From the NCBI RefSeq assembly GCF_009834535.1, contig NC_045697.1, positions 95,358,001-95,422,000 on the forward strand: DNA of 64,000 nucleotides, in the 5' to 3' direction. Position numbers and translations under genes: made by a program. Of this stretch, positions 41,218 to 53,630 are shown piece after piece (positions within the stretch are counted from its first letter, which is position 1; each line of letters begins with the position of its first letter). The notes below the pieces were generated by a model, which searched no databases, was not told where the DNA came from, and was given only the letters and a program-made list of their open reading frames with translations. The DNA is from Camelus ferus (Eukaryota).

Positions 41218-41761
41218 GATCCCACAAAAACTGACCACGGAGAAATTCTCAATAAATCTCCAAAAGAAAGCAGTACAGATAACATTGATTTTGATGCAGT
41301 GAAACTAGAACTTAAAGACAAAATGGGAAAACAATAAATGAATGAATGAATAAATAAATAAAATCTTTACAATGGAATTTAGGGCATAAGGGAGAGAAGC
41401 AGGAGGGACTTACTAAAATGAAACTTTTTTTCACTACTGGAAACACGGGTCATATGAATATATTGAGACATGCCTCTTGCCTGACATTAGCAAAAAAGAA
41501 AGGGAAAAGAGAATTGTGTCAATTTACGTCATTTGATTGCATCAATAGGTTTTGTAAAGTGTGCTTGATTTGTTATAGATCCCATTATATGTGTTGCAAA
41601 ATCCAATTTTAAATTCTGTTGTAATTTCTAGATCATTGTAGGGTCCTGAAATACTGACAAAGATTATTTCTTTACTTAGCAGCCAACATTAAGAGATGGT
41701 TCTCATAAATGTGAAGACTAAAGATTCAATGGTAGGTGCTTTAAATTACTCCAGAAAATTT

Positions 41762-41850
41762 AAAAAGAAAGGAAGAAAGAAAGAAAGGGAGGGAGAAAGG
41801 AAGGAAGAAAGGAAGCAAGGAAGGGAGGAAGGGAAAGAAAGAAAGAAAAC
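41762..41850. repeat. Purine-rich GAAA/GGAA simple repeat
   Basis: aaagaaaggaagaaagaaagaaagggagggagaaaggaagg... Confidence 0.85.
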
Positions 41851-42619
41851 ATAAGAATAGGTTTGTTTTTATTATTTCCATGCACCAGTGTATTCATTTA
41901 TGTTATGTCTGATAATTTAAATGCTATCCTCTGATTTGATTTAAAAGAGTGGGGACTGTTCTAAGCAATTCATTAGTTTGTGAAGTTATAATCAGATTTA
42001 TTTAAAATCACATTCCTATATGAGCTAATACTTTGTATTATAGACAGAGAATATGGTAATATGTTATCTGCAGAGAACAGCATTTGCAAGTAGGACCTCA
42101 CTAAATGTGGCCATCTTTGCTTTTCACCTCCCCTGATGAAATCATTGCAAGTTGTGGAACCTAAATAAAGAATCTTAGAAAATAGCAATAGGAGGTTGGT
42201 ATGAGATTAGTGAGTGACATTTTATGAAATAGTTTCTCATCTGGCATGATGAAACTTTGACTTCAGTTTGAATTATAGCATAAAAAGGATTTCAAGACTC
42301 ATACTTTAAAAGAAAAATAACCTGGGTAATTTATACTATTCAGATTCAACAGGTAAATTCAAATGTTGGGTCTGCTTACTTTACTTTCTTACATAAGTAA
42401 AACTATCTATTTTCTACTTCTTAGGAGTAATTTATTCATCTCAGATGGTTAAGCACTATAGAAAGATATAATATAGTGGTATGTAGTTTTTTTTTTAATT
42501 GTGCTCTTATTTCTAACACCGACTATGTCTCCTAAAAGATTACACACTCTAAACTAGAACTTTTTCATATTCTTTGTATTAAAGGCCTTTTTCTTTGTAT
42601 TAAAGGTCTTAACATGTGG

Positions 42620-43610
42620 GAGTCACAGTGACTTTATAAGACTCCAGGGGCAAAAAAAGAAAGAAAGCCGTCAGACTGCAGATGCAGGTAACAGTGAGAG
42701 TAACTAGCTATAGGACACAGAAAGGTCCAGGTAATATGGGCAGGCATTATGGGCAGATGTGCCGCAAAGAAGTAGAGAAGCACATACAGTAGGAGCTGGG
42801 TTATATACTTCATGGTTCCAAAGGACCCGCATGGGTATAGCTCAGGGTTTCCAGTGATCTCTTGACCCCATGTAAATGTTGGACTGGAATGGGGCTTTCC
42901 CCTCTCAGCACTGGGAAACTAGTCTTAGACACTCTGATGGGAATACCTCTGGCTACAGCTTTTGGGAACTGGAAGTGCATTAAGAGGTCCTATTCAAGCC
43001 AGGTCAAAACCACTCATGTCTTTTGGAGCCAACACTTCCCTCAAAATAGATCTGCTCAGGCTACTATAACAAAACACTACCAATTGGGTGGCTTAAACAA
43101 TAGACATATATTTCTCACAGTTCTTGAGGCTGGCAGTGCAATATTGAGTCTAGTCAATTCGCTTGAGGTGAGGGCCCTTTTCCTAGCTTGCAGGCAGCCA
43201 CCTTCTTACTGTGTCCTCATCTGGCAGAAAGATCAATTTCTCACTCTTCCTTTCTTATAAACTCTCTAATCCCATCATGAGAACCTTACCCTCATGACTT
43301 CATCTAACACTAGTGACCTCTCAAAGGCCCCACCTCCAAGTATAGTCACTTTGGGGGTTAGAGTTTCAACATGTGAGTTTATGGGGGCACACAAATCAGT
43401 TCATGGCAGTACCTGAAATGGAATGTACTAGCACTCACTACCCCATCATTAGCTGATGAGATCTTGTCCACTTGCAGCCCCTTTGGACCCCTTCACACAG
43501 CAAGAGTATTGGTTCTGAGGGTCCTGTTGCATTCAAGTGGCTCATGGCTGTCTCATGGCCAAGTAAACAGGGGCAGCTTAAAATAATTACCCATTCCATC
43601 ACACACTACT
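42620..43610 (-). mobile_element. ERVL/MaLR LTR-internal remnant hosting a nested MLT1A
   Basis: GC-richer segment on both sides of the MLT1A with ERVL-internal-like motifs. Confidence 0.4.
43045..43408 (-). mobile_element. MLT1A-like MaLR solo LTR
   Basis: tctgctcaggctactataacaaaacactacc...ggtggcttaaacaatagac...aaaggccccacctcc...gggggcacacaaatcagttcatggca. Confidence 0.85.
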
Positions 43611-43624
43611 ATGTGGAGACCCGC

Positions 43625-43800
43625 TATATAGAAGCACAGGAAACAATATTCAATTTCTTGTAGTAATATAATGAAAAAGAATCTGAAAAGAAAAAAAATA
43701 CATATATATGTATAACTGAATCACTTTGCTGTACCCCTGAAACTAACATTGTAAATCAACTACACTTCAATAAGAAATTTTAAAAATAAACAAAAAAAGA
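43625..43800 (+). mobile_element. Short cetartiodactyl-type L1 3' end with A-tail
   Basis: gcacaggaaacaatattcaa...ataactgaatcactttgctgtacccctgaaactaacattgtaaatcaactacacttcaataa. Confidence 0.85.
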
Positions 43801-44894
43801 AATATGTTTTTATGCAAAGTGGTTGAGATAAATTGACCTCTATTATCACTTCAATGTTTTCCTTTTATAATAACATTTCTGACTTTTGTAACAAAATTTC
43901 TGACTTCTTTTCATCTAAATTGATTCTTTGTGGGTTTTTTTTTTTTTTACTATTTTTGTGGAATTTTGCTTTATTAACTTTATTTGACATTTGTTTGTTG
44001 CTTCATATAATAATTTTTGTTTAGTTTCCAGTGGCTTTAAATCTATAAGTAGAATATTAATTAACAAATACAGGCTGGAAAGAGTCCCAACACCATCCCA
44101 GGCAACCAAAATCCATGTGTAGGTGTTTAAAAACTAGCAGATTCTGGTAACTGAGATAATGTTTGTGCTCTAACTATGTGCAAATATGACTGCATAAAAA
44201 GTTAAACTTTCTTTGAAAAACAAGTCTAAGATATTTTTAGAATTCCAGCAGTTTTGAAATTATTTGTCTATGTAAATATAAATGAAATTAACTTATCACA
44301 AAGATTTAAAGAGTTATTTTTAAACTTTAACAGCATTAGTAGTAATCTTTATATCTACAACAGTGTCATAGTTTGATGTGTCCTAGGCTTCATATTTTTA
44401 GGGACATGGAATGTTTCTTACTTAGGCATGAGGTGACCTAGAGATGCATGTTAAACTGAACTCAAGGAGGAGAGTTCAGAGGAAGATAAGTGGGTTTTTT
44501 ATTTTATCTCGCTGAGACATTCCAAGAAACCAGTTGAGAGCAGAAGGTATTCTGTTTGTTTCTTCCTGTTGTCCATGGGTTTGCATTGAGGACATTTTGC
44601 GAAGACTCCAAAGGCAGAGGCAGAATTGGCACTTGGTTATTCGGTACCACTTTTCCAGCACACTAGTGCTCGTGCGATTTTAAATATGCAAACCCTGGAC
44701 ACCTCTGATATTCTAGGTTTTTGGGTGAGTAAATATCCAGATGCCTATAAATTTGAGAAAATGATTTTACCGCTGAAATAAGATTTAAGATTTAAGGGGA
44801 GAGATGCAGTAGCGTCTTGACCTGGCCCTTTCCTTGTAACTCGTAATCAAATGTGGTCAAGTTCTAGAAGAAGCTCTTCTTTTCTTTTTCTCTA

Positions 44895-45370
44895 AGTGTT
44901 TTTGTATTGTAATAAGAACACTTAACATGAGATCTATCCTCTTGACAAATTCTGAACATACAATATAGTATTGGTAACTATAGACACAGTGTTGTCCAGC
45001 AGCTCTCTACAATTTACTCATCTTGCATAACTGAAGCTTCCTGCCTGTTGACTAGTAAGCCCCACTGCCCCCTACCCCCAGCCCTTGGCACCACACACCT
45101 CTCCACTCTCTGATTCTATGAGTTTGACTAATTTGATTATTTTAAATACCTGATGTAGGTGGAATCAGGCAGTATTTATTTTTCTATGATTGGGTTATTT
45201 CACTTAATTTCAAGATTCATCCATGTTGACACATTGCAGAATATCCTTCTTTTTAAAAACTGAAGAATATCCCATTGTATGTATATTTCACCTTTTCTTT
45301 AGACCTTCTTCTGTTGGTGGATACTTAGGTTTTTTCCACACTTTGACTATTGTGAACAGTGCTGCAATGA
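44895..45370 (-). mobile_element. L1MA9-like 3' fragment
   Basis: taagaacacttaacatgagatctatcctcttgacaaatt...actattgtgaacagtgctgcaatga. Confidence 0.85.
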
Positions 45371-47279
45371 AGAAAAGCAATCCAGCAGCTAAAGAGGGCT
45401 GCTTTTCTTTTTTTCCTTTTTAACAGCTATAATAAGATGTTTATTTGAGAGTGGAACCAGAGAATACTTTCTCTTAGATGAGTTCTCTTGGATGCAAGAA
45501 TCTCTTTGAAATTCTACATTCCACTTGCTTTCACTAGAAGATAAATGTATTTAAGTAGGTCTTTTTCTAACAGGACTATTCTCTAAATATCTAATTAGGA
45601 AAAAGTCATGAATGCATGTCACAATAAAACTTCTGTTCATTCAAAAATTCTAGTTGTAAGCCAAATGAAATTATGGTCTGCTTTGGTGGGTCTTAAGCCA
45701 TCAATTTTGAAGGAGGAGGCATATTTGGATATAGGTTTTGCAGTGAAATGAGAGATTACACCTTACCATGAAGTGATATTTTAAAATTTAACCTCAATAC
45801 TCAAAAGAACATTATGATTTTTTTTTTGTCTCAAGGAAAAAAAATTCAGCCAGAAAATCTTATATGCCTATAGAAAAATCCTGAAATTTTTACCAAAATC
45901 CTGCATTCGAGGAAATTCTGTGGGTTGCTGAGTGGGAAGCTGACAGACACAAATATCTTCGTGTCAATCAGATGCTCTGTTGGAGACTTGGTATCTCTGG
46001 GGTCCAACATCCACCTCACAGGCTGAGCAGCTGAGGCCTGGAGGAAAAGTCCATGGCCATGACCAGAGGCCACCTCCAAGTCCCCGTGGTTCTCAAACTG
46101 TTGTCGTGATGTGAAGGCACCTAGTCATGCCTCACATGCTTCCTGGAATGTGCTGGAATGTCTACACATGTGCAAGTGTGTAGAATAGAGATGTGAAAAA
46201 AGGAAGAGGTAGAATAGTTGTTCAAATTACTGCATCCACTTGTGATTTAGTGGGAAACTTCCTCAGGTTTCAAAACACTGAGAAATCTTAAATTTCAAAT
46301 CTTAAATTCAAATGGTCATATAAGGTTTTTCATGAGAACTATAAATTCAGTTGTCTATGTTTCATACAGAGTTCAAATTGAGCCCTTTTTTTTTTTTTAC
46401 TAATACAGTAACTATATCATATACATGAATATTAATGTGGATGTATACTAGTTTATATTTTACACACAGACATGGCATTGTGGATGCTCCAGTTTTGATA
46501 CTTAAATTGGATATTTAGTATACCTATACCTATACGGAGTGATTTTCTAGATAAGTGAACTCTTCTTAATGAAAAATCACTCATATAAGAGAGTAAGTGT
46601 TCAGAACACAAATGAAAAGCAGGAAACTGTAAAAAAGTTTTCTGAGTCGATGACATAGGAAAGACCCTGACTGATTGATCGATGTGAGTAGATGTGATTG
46701 ATTCAACAAAAGATCACATCGTCTATGTTCCAGCCATTATGCTGTAGACTGAGGCAGTTTGAACTCTAATTGAAAAGACAGATGATTAAATCATTAACTA
46801 TATTACTATATAATTAGTGCTATAATGAATGTATGATTCAAGCATAAATATTTTAAACAAGTCTATGAAAATAAAGTGAAGTGCTTTCCAAACCAGCTAT
46901 TTATTATATAGGACTTAGAAAGACAGAGAAATGGACTGAAATAATTAATTTTCTGAGTCTACTCTGCAACAGCCACTGTTTAAAATATGATAAAATCATT
47001 TCCAAAAACAGTTATCTCATAGTTATTTTTTTAAAATTAGAAATAAAACACTTGACTCTTCAAGCTTGGGGCAGCAGATTGCAATTTCTATTCACTGCAA
47101 TACCTAAATACTTAAAATATATGTAATTTTTAAGAGATATAGAAACATCCATTTTATAAAACTTGGAATAGGAAATAGCTATTTTCAAATAATTTTTAAT
47201 AAGACTCTCTTATTTAAATAATAATAAATTAGATAGAGAGATAATGACTAATAATCACATGCCTGAAGCAGTTTAAATA

Positions 47280-47919
47280 TTTAGTTATAGTTCCACAAAC
47301 ATCAGTCAAGCCCGTACTATGCACCATACACTGAACCAGCTCCTAAGCACTTGGTAATAAACAGAAGTGAGCAAAACAGATAAAACCCTTGCCTTTATCA
47401 GATTTACATTGGAATTTAGCGTGACATGAAATTTTTAAGTGCAGTATATTTGAATAATAGTATTGATGATGATGATAGCAGCCAATACTCAGCTCCTGAT
47501 GCAAGACAGGTACCCTGTGCTGTATGTAAATGAATTCATTTAATATTCTTGGTCAGCGAGGGTAAGTGCTGTGGAGAAACATCTGACAGGGCAAAGAGAA
47601 AGGCAGTGTCCCTGTTAGAGGTGTCCGCTGCAAAGAGGATGGCCAGGGAGGGCCTCACTGAGAAGACTTTTGACCATGCTGATATCTGGGAATTTTCTAA
47701 GCAAAACTTTTAGGTATCTGCACAAATGCCTAGTGTTTTCATAGAACATCAAGAGAGGCTTGAATGGAGAAAATGAATAGTGGCCAGAGTGGCCATAAGA
47801 GAGGAAAAAAATGGAGAAATAGTCTGAGAACATGTATAGATATATGAGTTATTTGTAGAACGATGGGATTTATGCCCAACAGAGCAAGGAGTTGCTGAGT
47901 TGTTCCAGGGAAGTAGTAT
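47280..47919 (-). mobile_element. L2 fragment (left part, interrupted by the ERV1 provirus)
   Basis: gtactatgcacc...gtgagcaaaacagataaaacccttgcc; ggccagggagggcctcactgagaag. Confidence 0.65.
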
Positions 47920-48378
47920 TGTAACCAAGCAGGACCCTAGGGGGCCTTCCCAGGACAGATCCCTCTAGCATATCCTCAGCTGTAGCTCAGTCAGCTCTGA
48001 AGTACCCAGATAATAGTATCATGCAAATTTCCTGAGTGTTTCAGATGCTAAAAACCACCACCAAATTGAAGAAATTAACTACTTGATGAGCATGAGCAGG
48101 TAACTCCCATACATTCTGGCACTTAAGGATTGATCACCATCAACCAATTGGAGAATTGTGCACAGCTGATCACAGACTCTGACATGCCCCTCCCTCAGCT
48201 GGCCTTTAAAAATGCTCAGCTGAAACCCTTCAGAGAGTTCAGGGGTTTATGGGCATAAGCCACCCATTGTCCTAGCTTGGCCCAGCGATAAAGCTTTCTC
48301 TGCTCCAAATTCCAATATTTCAGTTTGTTTGGCCTTATCGTGTGTGGGGTGAGGCACACAAACTTACCTTTGGTAGCA
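47920..48378 (+). mobile_element. 5' LTR of ERV1 provirus
   Basis: tgtaaccaagcaggacc...cctttaaaaa (TATA-like)...gataaagc (decayed polyA signal)...tggtagca. Confidence 0.88.
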
Positions 48379-49135
48379 ATCTGCCTTTGGTAGCAATCTG
48401 GGAGAATTCAGCCTTAGACTTTATGCCCGTGACAGGTCAACCCTTACCAGGGCAGCCCCTTCCCTGGTCCCCAGCAGCTGCCAGAGCTCATTTTGCTCCA
48501 GGAACTGGAAGGGACTCCCCCTGATGGGTGCTGGCCGCCCCAAGGCATGAAGCTGTTTGGAGGCAGAAACTTCCAGAGCTGTGGAGCTGCAGTCTATAGT
48601 CTGTGTCTCTTGAAGGTAAGTCGCTCCAAGTTGCACAGGCTGGGCATTCACTCCGCTCCATGTGGGCTCTTTCCCTGCTGGCAAGTGAGATGCTCTGGGC
48701 TCGCTGGGAGATACTCTGTGTCCATTCTTTTACGAGAGCTGGGCGTATCTGTTTAGAGTGGAAGTGGAATTGTTGGGCTATACCTCGTCTGATCTCTTGT
48801 TTGTGGGACTGTTTTGGGGTGTGTGTGTGTGTGTACACACTGGCTGGTTGAGACGTCTTTGGTGAGTAACAGGGCTCACGTGTGTGGACAGCAGGGAATC
48901 CTTCCCTACTAAGTTGGCTATACCTATGGTGGAGCATTGGATGGGCTTTTCCCTTTCCAGCCTTGGTCCTTCACTCAGCTTTGTCTCTGATGGGGCATCA
49001 TTTGGGGTTCTTCCCTTTAGGATTGATGGGGCACTGGAGTTTTCCTTTTTGGGACTAGGGAACTGTGACCTTGAGAGACCATTTTGAATTGTGGTTTGTT
49101 TGATGTTTGATTACACTGGCTTTGAATAATTAAGT

Positions 49136-49231
49136 ATGGATGAGAGCTCTGTTCCATCTTAGAGTAGCCCTAGGGTATATTTTGCAAAACTGAGAGATCT
49201 TCAGCTATGCTCCCATAAATGAAAGAAAATG

Positions 49232-49262
<31 letters not shown>

Positions 49263-49345
49263 TTGTAACACTGTGTGGGCTCAGCAAGATATCTGGAGAA
49301 CAATGGCACCTAATGGCTCTGCAATTAAATCCAGTGGGCCTTTTA
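49136..49345 (+). pseudogene. gag: Gammaretrovirus-like gag matrix remnant
   Basis: LGYILQN*EIFSYAP from 49170, then CNTVWAQ, GEQW, NGS, LQF; compare class I ERV PLGCILKNW...FFCNTAWPQY...WP.NGS...LQLDLFC. Confidence 0.7.
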
Positions 49346-51847
49346 CAGTTTGGCTTTTATCGCAGGTATGTGTGTGTGTGTGAGTCTCAATACCTGAGTC
49401 CAAATCCTGCTGTCTCTTCCTGGTTTTGCTAAAAGTGAGGCATATAAATATAAGCAAATTATATATACACACACACACACATATGTATATTGTTTATTAC
49501 TGTTTTTTCTTTAAACTGAAGTGGATATCTGGGAACTTAAAAAAAAAAAATCCCTGAAAATAGCCAAGATGGTTGAGTTTTGTAAAAGCAGTTAGAGGAA
49601 TAATTTGCATTTCTCTTCCTGTCTCATTGAGATGTAGATGATCTACCTGTGTTCTCAAGGAAAAAAAAAGAAAAAAAGAGAGATTTTTAAAACCCCAGTA
49701 GAAAAACTGAGAACTCTGGTTCTGTCTGTCTTTATGAAAACATTAACTTGTGAATGAGCTGTATTTAACTGACTTAAAAGTAAGTGCTTATAAGTTAAAT
49801 ACTTCTGAGTATAAGAGAAGCTAGACAGAACAAATTTTAGGTGCATGTGATCTAGAAAATATTTAATATTGAAGTGATAGCTGATATTAAAGCTAGCTTA
49901 AGCTTGTTGGTATAATCAGTACAGACATGTCTTTATTGTACCTAGGTTTACTGAAGGTCAATAAGTTCATGTTTCTGTTGGAGAGTTTGTCAGCAGAAAT
50001 AATAAATAATCATAACTTGTATGATGAAATTCTTATAGGTGAATTAAATGCAAATAAGATAAGAGCTTTTTAGTGAACTCTTTAGAAATAGTTATGTTTT
50101 AGAAATGTCTATAAAATAATCTCTCCAAGATATTTAGTAACTTGACATATTAGCTGTGCTAAATTAAAGACAGAAATTTATTGAATAGTTGAATAAGTGA
50201 TTCCCACATAAAATTAGATATGGAAACATTCACTGGAAATTAAGATTTTTAAGAGTTGAGGATTCTAATTTAAATACACAATTAAAGCTACTGAAAATAA
50301 TAGGGGAAATATTTCAGTGTACAGTAGGAAAGTAACACATATGTTTTGAGTAAAAAGGTATGCAGCATGGAATCACATTTTGTTAAGGGAAAGAAAGTGA
50401 TTTGGTCCTAGAACTGGTTGTTTCTAGATGGGGAAAAAATAAGGGACAAATGACAGATACAGAAAGTTGTGGAAAGTATGCAGAAAGAGAGCCCTAAAAA
50501 AGGAGTTCTGTGCATTTGATCAAACTTAATTAGGTAAGTGGATTTTGCTATTAACAGTAGGCTGGTGCAGGACTAGATTTTGTTTCTCTCTGTTAAGAGA
50601 ATAAGTTTACTTACAATGCTTCTGATAACAGTTTGTGTGAAACTGATATTTTTGACAAGCTTTCTATCAAATTCTGATTAAAGTCCTTTTGACTTCAGCT
50701 AAGTTAAGGATGCTTCAGAGGGCCCCTGAGGCATCCCAGAGAAAACTATTAAACTAGGATTGGTTAGTATGTTAAATTACATGGGAAGCTTTGTTAAATG
50801 CGTGGTAAGCCTATTCAGATTCTACAGTAGGATACATGTTATTAATATAGATGTTCTAGACATTATATAAAGTTTCTGAAATTTAGATACGAGTTGGTAT
50901 AATGCTATCAGTCATAACTATAGTTACTCTAGTTATCTTAGAATGTTGTATGTCACAGCAACTTGATTAAGCTTTTTTGTCAAAAACGTTGTAATCAGAT
51001 CTTTGACCTTGTCTTTTAAAGTCTTTTGTCATTCATAGACAGTTAAGCTGATACTTTTCAAAACTGCTTCATCTCCAAAAAGATTCATAGAAGGAACTTT
51101 CTGACAAGTACAGTGCTTTTTTTTTTTTTTAAGTGATAATGCTGAGTTGGGTAAAATATTTAAAAAATCTAATGAAAACTCTGATTTCATAAAACTTTTA
51201 GTAAAAAGAATTAATTGTACAGGATTGAGTGAACTGATGAATACAGTTGTAATTTTTTTTTGGTTTTGTCTGAACTATTACTGGCATTTAATCTATGTTT
51301 TTTAGTTGAACTATTTATCAAATGTTTGTCTCCCTCTTAACACTTCTCCCATTGTTCAGGGTAGAAAGAGAATTCTCTAAGGGAATTGTCACAGAATATA
51401 ACTACTCATGTTGTATAACAATGCCTGCTTTAAATCTATTGCTAAAAGCACATGCACAAGCTTGTGTAACAATTGGGTGTAAGTGATAAAATGTATGACC
51501 TATGACCTATGAAGTGTTTCCCCATAATATCTGATTACTTTTTCCTCAACATATACATATAAATATACATATAAAGGCAAATATAAAGCACCTAGCGACA
51601 TGATCTGAACCTGGCAGGAGCTACCAGCCCAGCATCTAGGGACAGATGTTTTGAAAATCAGTGCTTTCTATTGAAAGATTTGTGATCAAAAGGAAAAATG
51701 ATGGAAAAATCTGCACATATGATGTATGGGGTAGTCATTCTGGCTTATGCATGTCTTGCCTTGAACTTTACTGACCACAAAGTGGCCTATTTTCTGGCCT
51801 TTTAGACATGCATTGTACATCTGCTTTGGCCCTGAGGAGAATGCATT

Positions 51848-52306
51848 TGTTGACTGAAATAAACGAACAGCCTAAAAGTTGAAGAGTTATGTTTTATTTG
51901 GCGGGAGGACTTGAGCCAGGATGATAGCCTCTCATATCACTCTGAGGGACTGCTCCAAGAGAGGGGGGAGGAGCTAGGATATATAGGAATTTTACAACAA
52001 AGATCAGGTAATCAGAATATTAAAAGATTATTTGTTAACTGAAGAAAGCAAGACATCTCCAGTTAAAGAATTTAGCGCTATTCTATGTATGGGAGGGAGC
52101 AAACATTTGGGCTTATTGAAATCATTCCTTTGACAAGCATCTAGCTATCTAGGGCCAGCATCTTGTCCTTTCTTATTTTAGGCCCCCTCAGGCTGCAGAG
52201 GCCGAGCTGCAGGCTTATCTTCACTGTGGTGGTGGTGGCAGTGGCTGATGACTTGATGGCTTCAGCATTCTTTTAATGATATGGCTTGCAGTAGTTTTCG
52301 TTCACA
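51848..52306 (-). mobile_element. Younger ERV1 solo LTR nested in the provirus
   Basis: TG...CA termini, perfect 4-bp TSD catt (51844-51847, 52307-52310), minus-strand AATAAA (~51895) and TATA (~51980). Confidence 0.9.
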
Positions 52307-52530
52307 CATTCGAAAGTCAAAATGGAGTAGCTGTGGTTCAGACATCTAAGGTAGAACTAGGTGGCCATTGTGGACATGATTTCAGACACATTTCTGTATT
52401 ATTGAGAACTCGGATTTTCTGAGCTGTGTCATACTTGGGACACCACCAGCCATTCTCAAAGCAGTGTCTGCCTGCTGATGGCAGCTGCAAACTTATGACC
52501 TCAATGTCTCCTTTTGTAGCTATTAAATTT

Positions 52531-52680
52531 TTAGACAATAAAATTGCTTTAGATCACATGTTAGCAGAAAAAAGGAGACAAGTTTAATAGCTGGTAGCTC
52601 TTCTTGAATATGCGTTAATAACACATCAAAATTTAAAACCTACTCAGATAAGAGTAGACAACTGGCTATCTGGCTACAAG
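52531..52680 (+). pseudogene. env: env transmembrane-subunit remnant (immunosuppressive domain)
   Basis: 52531-52575 LDNKIALDHMLAEKR (cf. LDNRLALDYLLAEQGG), then frameshifted IAGSSS*ICVNNTS at the CX6CC position. Confidence 0.75.
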
Positions 52681-52900
52681 TCTCCCTCAATGTGCCAGGT
52701 CCAGACCATACAAGACTTGGATCCAGGGTCAGAACACAGGAATATTTCCAGTGTAGTGTCCCAAACAGAGGTAGGACTCTGCCCTGTTTCAGTAGCCAGA
52801 GTGGACAATACCCTAATCCCTGAAAGATTTAGGAAAGGATGAAATAGGATTGGAGATTAAAACCAAGTTCCTCTGCCATTTATGATCAGGAGAATCAAAA

Positions 52901-53204
52901 GAAAGAAATTAATTACTTGATCATGAGTACGTAGCCCCCAGAACTTCTGGCACCTAAGGACTGATCACCATCAACCACTCAGAATTGTGCACAGCTGATC
53001 ACATACCCTGAGCTGCCCCTCCCTTATCTGGCCTTTAAAAAAGTCTCAACTGGAGACTTTCAGGGAGGTTTCTGGGTTTAGGGGCATGAGACACTTGTTC
53101 TCCTTGCTTGGCCCTGCAACAAACCTTTCTCTGCTCCAAATGGATCATTTCAGTATTGTTCAGCCTCACTGTGAGACGTGAACAGGAACATACACTTGGT
53201 AACA
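52901..53204 (+). mobile_element. 3' LTR of ERV1 provirus (5' part missing)
   Basis: Aligns to 48068-48378: agaaattaa.tacttgat...tgatcaccatcaacca...agaattgtgcacagctgatcaca...ctggcctttaaaaa...ctttctctgctccaaat...tggtaaca. Confidence 0.88.
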
Positions 53205-53208
53205 GTGT

Positions 53209-53630
53209 AGAAGTTCTCTTCTGATCACTTCCATTTTCTCAATGAAGTAGGAAGCCGATTCATTGGATAAGAGTGAGGGTGGGAGACATTAAAATTTTAA
53301 GGAGGGAGAAGAAGGTACAAAGCAGCTGTCTAAAAGTGTGAGAAGTAAACAAGCAGAAAATGCAGTGGCATTCGTTGTAGGAATAAGCATCTCCCTGAGA
53401 TGTTGCTAAGTAATTAAAAGTGACTGCAGTCAGCATGAATAAAGTGAAACCCAGTCAGGCACAGAGAAGAAGGTAGGATTTAGTCAAATTATTTTGTATT
53501 TGTTTTTGTCTTTTTCCAGCAAAGTATGGTGAAGCCAGAGAGGAGCAAAGGAATTGAGGGTGGACCAATGAGTGATTATATTGAGAGGCTGGGATCTAAT
53601 TAATTAAGAAAGGAAATGAGGACATCCCAG
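53209..53630 (-). mobile_element. L2 fragment (right part)
   Basis: gaagttctcttctgatcacttccattttctcaatgaagtaggaagc...gagtgaggg is typical antisense L2 ORF2. Confidence 0.7.

Larger units (their letters stand above)
47920..53204 (+). mobile_element. Defective ERV1 provirus (MER4-group, MER41-like LTRs)
   Basis: TG at 47920 and CA at 53204; homologous LTRs; near-identical 4-bp flanks gtat/gtgt; gag and env remnants; L2 sequence resumes on both sides. Confidence 0.88.

Noticed and set aside
42833..42850. gggtatagctcag resembling a tRNA-derived SINE head
   Set aside because: No continuation, B box or A-tail.
47945..47958. STAT/GAS site in the MER41-like LTR
   Set aside because: ttcccaggac does not fit TTCNNNGAA.
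48342..49087. Cluster of overlapping ORFs up to 149 aa
   Set aside because: GC-richer ERV leader, where stop codons are rarer; no protein similarity recognised.
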